Shown here: piece by piece, positions 17,147 to 24,004 of the stretch
Numbering within the stretch: position 1 is the first letter of the stretch
Layout of the letters: each line of letters starts with the position of its first letter
Origin: Bdellovibrionia bacterium
Lineage (GTDB): Bacteria; Bdellovibrionota; UBA1018
Reading direction: 5' to 3'
Assembly (NCBI GenBank): GCA_049424145.1
Contig: JBMSSC010000032.1
Coordinates: 1-24,004, forward strand
Length of the DNA: 24,004 nt
Program-made: the position numbers and the translations under genes
Notes under the pieces: generated by a model
What the model saw: the letters and a program-made list of their open reading frames with translations, nothing else
Database searches by the model: none
Told to the model about the DNA's origin: nothing

Positions 17147-18934
17147 ATGACAACAATTTTACACTACTTGGTGGAGTGGGCGGAGAAAGAACCTGCAGCA
17201 GTCGCGCAGCGTTATAAAAAAAATAACGAATGGAAATCCATTACGGTTCGCGAGTATGCGGATCGAGTGCATGCTTTGGGGCTTTATCTTGAATCGCAGG
17301 GGATGGGGAAGGACGATATTAGTGTGATCATGTCCTACAACTGCCCGGAGTGGGTGCACTCGGATTTAGCACCCATGCTCATTGGAGCTAAATCCGCAGG
17401 AGTTTATCCAAATTCTACCTCAAAAGATATTCTCTACATCTTAGAGCATACTGAGACGCGTTTCCTTTTTGTGCAGAATAAAGAGTACTTCCGTCGCATC
17501 GTGGGAGACCAAGGAGAGCAGGCTCTTCCGTCACGAATTGAAAAAGTGATTGTGTTTGACGGTGATACATCGATTTCAAAGAAAGCGGTTTCTTATCAAT
17601 CGGTCATTGAAGAGGGCAGACGATTGGCTCAAAAAGCGGGATCAAAAACCCTCCAAGCCTACCTTGCCGCTCTTAACCCTCATGCAGGGGCCTTTCTCAT
17701 CTACACCTCAGGCACTACGGGGAGGCCTAAAGGGGCAGTGCTCTCACACGACAACCTCCTGTTTGCCATTCAAGCGGTGGCCAAACGCTGGGAGCTTTCA
17801 CCTGCTTCCGAAAATGTCTTTTCTTTCTTGCCCCTCTGCCACATTGCAGAGAAGCTTCAAAACGAAGGGGCAGGGATTTATCTTCACTACACCGTCAGCT
17901 TCTGCTCGGATTTTGAGAAGGTCTCCTCGGAACTTCCAGAAGTCATGCCCACACTCCTGCTCTGTGTGCCCCGGCTTTGGGAAAAGATGATGGAAGGCGT
18001 GATGAAGAAAATGGAGGAGCGCACGGGAGCGAAAAAAGAACTCGCTCTATGGGCTCTGGCCACAGGAAGTCGGGTGTCCGAGATTCGCTATTCAGGCAAG
18101 AAAGTTCCGCTCTTGGATCAACTCCAGTTGAAGCTTGCTGATCGTCTGGTTTTATCCAAGATTCGTGCGGCGTTGGGCTTGTCTCGGACCTTTGTTGCAG
18201 CCTCAGGAGCTGCCGTCCTGCGAGCTGATGTCTGTAGGTGGTTTCGATCCATTGGTGTGGAGATAATGGAAGATTATGGACAAACCGAGACGGCAGGGAT
18301 TTTGTGTCTCACGGAGCGCCACGTGGATTCGGCAGGCACCGTGGGTCAACCTGCTGATGATACGGGGTTTCAAATTGCAGCCGATGGCGAGATCCTCACT
18401 CAGGGGCGTCACGTGTTTTTAGGCTACTTCAAGGATCCCAAAGCCACTGAGGAAGTGCTGAAAGACGGATGGCTTTATACCGGTGATTTAGGTGAAAAAA
18501 CCGAGCGTGGTTTGATCCGAATTCGCGGACGAAAAAAAGAGATCATGAAAACCTCCGGGGGAAAAATGGTGGCTCCCGTTCCCATCGAAGAGGCGCTGAA
18601 GGCCTCTCCGCTCATCAGTCAAGTTTGCATGGTAGGCGATGGCCGAAGGTTTCTCTCCGCCCTCATCACGCTCTCGGAATCCAAGCTTGCTCAGGTGAAA
18701 AAGACTTCCCCCGCAGCGAAGCTCATCACGGACCCTCAAGTAGTTCAAGAAATCTCCCAAGTGATTGATCAGGTCAACTCTCAGCTCGCGGGCTTTGAGC
18801 AGATTAAGAAGTTCTCCATCATTGGCCGAGAATTCTCCGTGGAGGAAGGTGAGATGACTCCGACTTTGAAGATGAAAAGAAGCGTGATTGAAGCCCGCTT
18901 CCGTGACGTGATTGATCAGATGTACCAGGCTTAA
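17147..18934 (+). CDS. Long-chain fatty acid-CoA ligase (AMP-dependent synthetase, FadD15-like)
   Basis: IYTSGTTGRPKG, FLPLCHI, VPRLWEK, YGQTE, TGDLG, GRKKE..KTSGGK and MTPTLK motifs. Confidence 0.92.
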   Translation: MTTILHYLVEWAEKEPAAVAQRYKKNNEWKSITVREYADRVHALGLYLESQGMGKDDISVIMSYNCPEWVHSDLAPMLIGAKSAGVYPNSTSKDILYILEHTETRFLFVQNKEYFRRIVGDQGEQALPSRIEKVIVFDGDTSISKKAVSYQSVIEEGRRLAQKAGSKTLQAYLAALNPHAGAFLIYTSGTTGRPKGAVLSHDNLLFAIQAVAKRWELSPASENVFSFLPLCHIAEKLQNEGAGIYLHYTVSFCSDFEKVSSELPEVMPTLLLCVPRLWEKMMEGVMKKMEERTGAKKELALWALATGSRVSEIRYSGKKVPLLDQLQLKLADRLVLSKIRAALGLSRTFVAASGAAVLRADVCRWFRSIGVEIMEDYGQTETAGILCLTERHVDSAGTVGQPADDTGFQIAADGEILTQGRHVFLGYFKDPKATEEVLKDGWLYTGDLGEKTERGLIRIRGRKKEIMKTSGGKMVAPVPIEEALKASPLISQVCMVGDGRRFLSALITLSESKLAQVKKTSPAAKLITDPQVVQEISQVIDQVNSQLAGFEQIKKFSIIGREFSVEEGEMTPTLKMKRSVIEARFRDVIDQMYQA

Positions 18935-18950
18935 AGAAGTAGATTGAAAG

Positions 18951-19010
18951 AGGGTTGCTGGGGATGAAAGGTCAAATCCAGCAACCCTTAATTTTTTTTT
19001 CTTTTTTTTC
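18951..19010 (+). terminator. Rho-independent terminator between the convergent acyl-CoA synthetase and CoA-disulfide reductase genes
   Basis: Perfect 11-bp stem AGGGTTGCTGG(18951-61)/CCAGCAACCCT(18978-88) followed by long T runs. Confidence 0.75.
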
Positions 19011-19036
19011 TCTTTGTCTCGGTGTCCTCTTCTGAT

Positions 19037-20710
19037 TTAATTCAGGCTCTTCCAGGTTTTAAATCCCCCATCTAGGTTTCGGACCTGAAATCCCTTTTGC
19101 TTTAAGATTCGATACGCCAAGTAGCCTCGAAAACCTACCTGACAGTACACCACCAGGGGTTGCTTTGGGTCCAGTTGATGGAGTGACGAGCGGAGTGACT
19201 CAATCGGGAGATGGACTGAACCTGGGATGTGCCCTGCCTCGTGTTCTTCTGTAGTTCTGACATCGAGGAGCTTGACTCCTTGGGTCATCGCGTGAGCCAG
19301 GTCTTGGGCATGCAGAATCTCCGTGTCTCCTCGCAGGAGATTGGAGGCCACAAAACCTGCCATGTTGATAGGGTCCTTGGCTGATCCGTAGGGAGGAGCA
19401 TAGGCCAGCTCCAGGTGCTCCAAGTCAAAGACGCTCATTCCTGCTTGAATCGCAACAGAGAGCACATCGATGCGTTTATCGACTCCATTTTTTCCCACAA
19501 TTTGTCCCCCAAGAATCCGCCCTGAGCCCGGTTCAAAAGTGAGCTGGAGCGTCATGGGAGTGGCTCCAGGATAGTAGCCTGCATGATCCTGGGGGTGGAT
19601 GCTCACCCACTCAAAGGGCTTACCCATGCGGCGTAAGGCTTTGCGTGAGAGCCCTGTGGTGGCCACAGTGAGGTCAAAGACTTGGCAAATGGAGGTGCCC
19701 CAGGTTCCTCGGTAAGCCGAGCTTTGCCCAAAAATATGATTTGCTGCAATCCTTCCTTGACGATTCGCAGGTCCAGCCAGTGGAATGTAAGCAGGCTCTG
19801 AGAATTGAGGCTGAAGAGTTTCAATGAGATCGCCTACGGCATAGATTGCAGGATCTGAGGTTCTCATCACCGAATCCACCTGAACGCCCCCGGTTTTTCC
19901 GAGAGTAAGGCCTGCTTCCTGGGCGATCTTCGAGCGGGGTCTTACGCCGATGGCCATGATCAGAAGATCAGAGCTGATCTGAAAAGAAGCGTCCTTGCCT
20001 TGAATGTTGAGTTTCAGGCGGTGTTCGGGTGTGGGTTCAATGGCCTTGAGCTCACTTTGGGTGAGAAGTGTGATCCCCTTTTGCTTGAGTTCATGATGAA
20101 TCAGTTCAGCCATGTCAGGATCAACGGGGGTAAACACTTGATCCCCTCGCTCAATGAGTGTCACTTTCACTCCACGGTGAACGAGGTTTTCAGCCGTTTC
20201 AATCCCAATGAAGCCACCCCCGATAACACATGCCGATTGGCAGCCGTGGTCTTTTATCCACTCTTGCACGCCATCCAGATCTTGAATCGTTTGCAGGGTG
20301 AATACCCCCCGGGATCCAATTCCGGGCAGTGGGGGTCGAATGGCCTCAGCCCCCATGGAAAGAATTAAATGATCATAAGAATAATTCTCCATCTCCCCTG
20401 TGAGCTCATTACGGGCTAAGACTGATTTTTTGGTCCGATCAATGGACAGGGCCTGGGTGTGGACTTTAACGTCTAAATTCAAGCGAGCTTTAAGGGACTC
20501 CGGTGTTTGTAGGAGCAATCGATCGCGTTCTGAAATGACTCCACCTAACGCGTACGGGAGTCCACAGTTCGCAAAACTGACGTAGGGGCCTTTTTCAAGA
20601 ATGGTGATAGTGGCCTCCTCCGAGAGTCGCCTGGCTCGTGCTGCAGCTGAAGCGCCTCCTGCAACGCCGCCAATGATTAAGATTCGTTTGGGATGGGCTT
20701 TTGTTTTCAT
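19037..20710 (-). CDS. CoA-disulfide reductase with C-terminal rhodanese domain (CoADR-RHD / persulfide reductase)
   Basis: GGVAGG FAD motif, SFANCGLPY redox Cys, GGGFIG NAD(P)H motif, YAPPY, and rhodanese DVR...GHIPG...YCQVGFRG. AGGAG SD upstream. Confidence 0.92.
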   Translation of the reverse strand: MKTKAHPKRILIIGGVAGGASAAARARRLSEEATITILEKGPYVSFANCGLPYALGGVISERDRLLLQTPESLKARLNLDVKVHTQALSIDRTKKSVLARNELTGEMENYSYDHLILSMGAEAIRPPLPGIGSRGVFTLQTIQDLDGVQEWIKDHGCQSACVIGGGFIGIETAENLVHRGVKVTLIERGDQVFTPVDPDMAELIHHELKQKGITLLTQSELKAIEPTPEHRLKLNIQGKDASFQISSDLLIMAIGVRPRSKIAQEAGLTLGKTGGVQVDSVMRTSDPAIYAVGDLIETLQPQFSEPAYIPLAGPANRQGRIAANHIFGQSSAYRGTWGTSICQVFDLTVATTGLSRKALRRMGKPFEWVSIHPQDHAGYYPGATPMTLQLTFEPGSGRILGGQIVGKNGVDKRIDVLSVAIQAGMSVFDLEHLELAYAPPYGSAKDPINMAGFVASNLLRGDTEILHAQDLAHAMTQGVKLLDVRTTEEHEAGHIPGSVHLPIESLRSSLHQLDPKQPLVVYCQVGFRGYLAYRILKQKGFQVRNLDGGFKTWKSLN

Positions 20711-20863
20711 GCGGTTGACTCCTAGATGAAGGGGATTAAAAAAATTCTCTATATCATAGTAATCTCTCTGTTTCTACTTGCTCCCGCAATGCGGAGTAGA
20801 GGAGGTGGGTAGGAGTATGAGTGAAAAAAGACAAAGGGGGGGGCTCCCCATGGCTCGCCTGTG

Positions 20864-23800
20864 TTAAAACTTAGTAGGGTGCTTTTCGAGACGCTCGAGG
20901 CGGGCTTTTATAGCGGAAGCGTCTTTTTCTGCTTGCTCCATGCGGGCCTTCAATTCCCGGTTTTCTTCTCGTAAGCGATCCAGCTCGGCTTGATCCGCTT
21001 TGGATGCGAGTTGATGCTCTTGGGAGATCTGGGATTCAGTGATTTTAGTATAAATTTCTTTGACTGCATTGATGAGCATGAAGGTGAATTTTGAATAATC
21101 TACTACCTTGATTTCTGACTGGTCTGAGTCAGTTGGGTGCATCTTGACTAGGCGAGTTTTGACGAGATCTGGGTTCGTCTTTTCGACTTCTTGAGCAATC
21201 ACTCCTACGGCTGTTTCCCCTGTTTTTGGCATTTCCCCTAGGCCATTAAACTGATAGGTGCGGAGTCGAATGCCTAAGAGCTCTTTTAGTCCCCCGTGAT
21301 AATCTTGAATGTTTTCTTTCAATCGTTCGTCAGAAGTGCAGACCCCACTCACCGTTGTGGCGCCAATTCTGAAGCAAGAAGACGTATTGATATCTCCTCC
21401 TACATCTAATAGATAGGCTGGGTTCCCGTTTCCGATACCCACTAACCCCGTGCCTGAGACTCGCATTCGCTCTGCACCTAAAGTCGCAAGAACTAAAGTC
21501 GAATCCGTGTGGCTGCCTGTGGTCCCGGCGGCAAGAATAAGGTTCACAAAGCCATTTTGGGAGGAACCAGATTGATTGGCTCCAATGGTGAGTTGTCCAT
21601 TGGACTTGAGCGAATAATCTGCATTGTCATCATTTCCACCACTTTGGGAACCAAGAATCATGTTCCCATTGACTTGGAGTTTTGCACCAGGAGCCGTGGT
21701 CCCAATTCCTATGTTTCCAGACGAATGCTGGATGAGAAAGCGAGGTGAGCTTCCTGTTACATCATAAATCGAAAATCCCGCCCCAGCTCCCGAGAGATTA
21801 TTGGTGGATCCAACGTGGTAAGTGCTGGCGTTCGCTGAGGTGTTTTCATAGCGAATCACCGGGCTGTCGGCTCCCGATCCAATGATGCGCTGGCCAAAGG
21901 AGGCACTGCCTTGATTAATGTCGAGTCGATAGCTGGCAGAGCTAGTTCCCAACCCGAGATATCCATCTTTGCTCACGGAGCTCTGCACTGCATTCGAAGA
22001 ATTTCTCCACTCCTGGAGGTTTGCGGTTTGCCCAGCAATCGGTGTCACAGCAAGACCCGGTGCATTGGTCTGCCCTGTAATCACATTAAGAGAGGCATCT
22101 GTGGTGGTGCCAGTTGCCCCTCCATAAGCCATTGCCGTCGTGACTAATCGAGTCCCGTTGATGGTAACCCCGTAGTAAGCACCGATTTGAAGGCGGTACC
22201 CTACTCCTGTCTGAATCGAAGTTCCTGGGTCACCAAAAGTCAGACGTGCGGCTCTCCCGGCGACCCAGTTTGCAGTTCCAATGCCCAAGGTCCTGGGTGC
22301 GGCAGTAGAGCTTCCTGCAGCATCGAGGTCAAGTGATCCGGTGAGTGTGTCCCCTGTTTTTTTGACAGGGGTGTAAGTTAAGGCACTGGTGACGTCTGAG
22401 GAACTTAAACTCACGGCTCCGGTTCGTGTATTGAAGCTTGAAACTCCAGTGGAGAACCCTGCGATTGCCTCGTCTACGTATTGTTTGGTGACAGCCTGAA
22501 GATTCAAGGTTGGAGAAGTGGAGCTCAACAGTAAAGACCCGGTCATTGAATCGCCCGATTTCAGGACTCTCGCTCCAACGTTCCCATCTAATTTCCCAAG
22601 GGCTGCAAGAATCGAATCCGAGGCAGAAACCACGCCCGCTCCTGAGGAAAAGCCCGTGAGTAACTTCCCCGTGACCGTTGCTGCAGTAATGGATGTGGCC
22701 GATTGTGTTCCCGTCACATCTCCCGATAAACTCCCTGAAAATGATTCTGGAGAACCCCATGCCAGACTTCCTGAGGAGACGATCAGAGCTTGCCCGCTGG
22801 TGGTTCCGATAGCTAACTTCGATAAAGTTGAAGCCCCTGAAGCGTAAAGGAGATCTCCTGGGGTGTAAGAAGTGATCCCCGTCCCTCCGCTTGAGACTCC
22901 AAGGCTTGCACTCCATTGCGGAATTGAGCCTGTGGAGGTCAGTACCATCCCCGACTGCGCCCCAATTGGGAGCATCGTTGTGGTTCCTACTCCGGTTTGA
23001 TAAGGCAGGGCCCCCCCCGCACCTCCAGCAAGATTCGTTGCCGTGGTTGCAGAAGTAGCCGTCGTTGCGTTCCCTGAAAAATTCCCACTAAAACTCGTGG
23101 CACTGATGGTACCAACGACTTCAAGACGAGCTGTGGGTGAGTTTGTTCCTAGTCCAACGTTCCCGTTTTTCAGCACCATCATGGCGTTGGAACGAGCCGC
23201 ACCACTTAATCCATTTCCAATCACAAACAGAGGATCCGTTTGTACCCAGGATGCTGCGTTTTCATCCCCTCGAGTTTGATTGAACTGCCCAATGGTGAAC
23301 TGCGAAAATCCTGTCGATAGATTCCCAACGCCTGCTACAAAGGAACCTGAACCACTCGCTGTATTGACCCATCCACCCGCGACGAAGGAGCGAGAACCAC
23401 TCGCAGTATTACTCTCACCTGCTGCAAAAGAACCCCATGCACTTGCGCGATTACCCCATCCACCCGCTACAATGGAATCTTCACCACTGGCTTCATTACT
23501 ATCGCCCGCAACAAAGGAGTCAAGACCAATGGCTTTGTTACCCCATCCACCCGCCACAAAGGAACGATCCCCACTCGCAGTACCGCCTTGTCCAGAAGAT
23601 ACGGAAGCATAACCTAAAGCACGCGAATCTTTACCAAAACTTGCTGAAGCATAACCCAGATTGTTTGGTGTAAAAGAACCACTTTGAACTTCACCCGCAA
23701 AAAATGCACCCCTTTTACCGTCCCAGAATGCTACAGTGAAGTCACTAGTTCCCCCAACATAAACAGGTAGACTGACTAAAGGTCCAGTATTCCAAGCTCG

Positions 23801-24004
23801 ATAGGGCACAACCAGATTTCCACTCAGCATGAGCGCATCACTCGGTGTCGCTACTCCAATACCGACATTGCCACCGGAGACCACGAGTTGATTGCTGCCC
23901 ACTGCTAAACCATTAGCTGGCAGTGAAAGAGTCCCAGTCATTGAATCCCCAGCTCGACTCACGGGCGAGTAAGCCAAAGCTCCCGTGACGTCAGAAGAGG
24001 TTAA
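20864..24004 (-). CDS. Trimeric tail-fibre/adhesin-like protein with YadA-like head repeats and C-terminal S74 intramolecular chaperone (5' end outside window)
   Basis: Frame is open to base 24004. G/S/T-rich, with repeated GNVGIGT..P linkers, VTKQYVD, GVSSFN.RTGAV, TSDERLKENI...GVIAQEV (S74) and a terminal coiled coil. Confidence 0.85.
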   Translation of the reverse strand, partial: LTSSDVTGALAYSPVSRAGDSMTGTLSLPANGLAVGSNQLVVSGGNVGIGVATPSDALMLSGNLVVPYRAWNTGPLVSLPVYVGGTSDFTVAFWDGKRGAFFAGEVQSGSFTPNNLGYASASFGKDSRALGYASVSSGQGGTASGDRSFVAGGWGNKAIGLDSFVAGDSNEASGEDSIVAGGWGNRASAWGSFAAGESNTASGSRSFVAGGWVNTASGSGSFVAGVGNLSTGFSQFTIGQFNQTRGDENAASWVQTDPLFVIGNGLSGAARSNAMMVLKNGNVGLGTNSPTARLEVVGTISATSFSGNFSGNATTATSATTATNLAGGAGGALPYQTGVGTTTMLPIGAQSGMVLTSTGSIPQWSASLGVSSGGTGITSYTPGDLLYASGASTLSKLAIGTTSGQALIVSSGSLAWGSPESFSGSLSGDVTGTQSATSITAATVTGKLLTGFSSGAGVVSASDSILAALGKLDGNVGARVLKSGDSMTGSLLLSSTSPTLNLQAVTKQYVDEAIAGFSTGVSSFNTRTGAVSLSSSDVTSALTYTPVKKTGDTLTGSLDLDAAGSSTAAPRTLGIGTANWVAGRAARLTFGDPGTSIQTGVGYRLQIGAYYGVTINGTRLVTTAMAYGGATGTTTDASLNVITGQTNAPGLAVTPIAGQTANLQEWRNSSNAVQSSVSKDGYLGLGTSSASYRLDINQGSASFGQRIIGSGADSPVIRYENTSANASTYHVGSTNNLSGAGAGFSIYDVTGSSPRFLIQHSSGNIGIGTTAPGAKLQVNGNMILGSQSGGNDDNADYSLKSNGQLTIGANQSGSSQNGFVNLILAAGTTGSHTDSTLVLATLGAERMRVSGTGLVGIGNGNPAYLLDVGGDINTSSCFRIGATTVSGVCTSDERLKENIQDYHGGLKELLGIRLRTYQFNGLGEMPKTGETAVGVIAQEVEKTNPDLVKTRLVKMHPTDSDQSEIKVVDYSKFTFMLINAVKEIYTKITESQISQEHQLASKADQAELDRLREENRELKARMEQAEKDASAIKARLERLEKHPTKF
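23277..23647 (-). repeat. Coding tandem repeats (alternating 15/14-aa A.G..SFVAG...N units, YadA-head-like beta-roll)
   Basis: The core CCCATCCACCCGC recurs at 23368, 23455 and 23542, an exact 87-nt (29-aa) period. Confidence 0.8.

Noticed and set aside
20817..20867. 16-codon ORF (MSEKRQRGGLPMARLC) after AGGAG
   Set aside because: It is too short, the adjacent SD-like motif is only 1 nt from the ATG, and it spans a G homopolymer. There is no further support.
23368..23554. Regularly spaced 13-nt repeats as a possible CRISPR array
   Set aside because: These are in-frame coding repeats (87 nt = 29 aa) with mutually similar intervening sequence, and no cas genes are present.
20864..24004. Prophage
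   Set aside because: No integrase, capsid, terminase or other tail genes are in the window. It cannot be excluded beyond the window edge.

Overview
Bacterial chromosomal window, densely coding. No rRNA, tRNA, CRISPR array or mobile element was seen. An spdEFG1/mtEFG1-type EF-G and a long S74-chaperoned trimeric fibre suggest a Bdellovibrionota/Oligoflexia-like (deltaproteobacterial sensu lato) organism; this is inference. Gene order: partial membrane protein; PafA-like alkaline phosphatase (-); xth (+); orn-dCMP deaminase (-); fusA-secG (+); GT4 glycosyltransferase (+); gap-pgk-tpiA (-); PolX-PHP-nth (+); bolA-grxD (+); exported thioredoxin/TPR protein (+); candidate 48-aa basic protein (-); Nudix hydrolase (+); long-chain acyl-CoA synthetase (+); CoA-disulfide reductase-rhodanese (-); 5'-truncated adhesin/tail-fibre-like protein with YadA-like repeats and an S74 domain (-). 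The strongest leads are: (1) the tiny ribosomal-protein-like basic ORF; (2) a PolX with a degenerate polymerase triad but intact PHP domain, coupled to nth; (3) a recurring leaderless-type promoter layout lacking the -7 T; (4) the mosaic fibre with a compositionally foreign repeat module. All calls come from reading motifs by eye; no searches were run.
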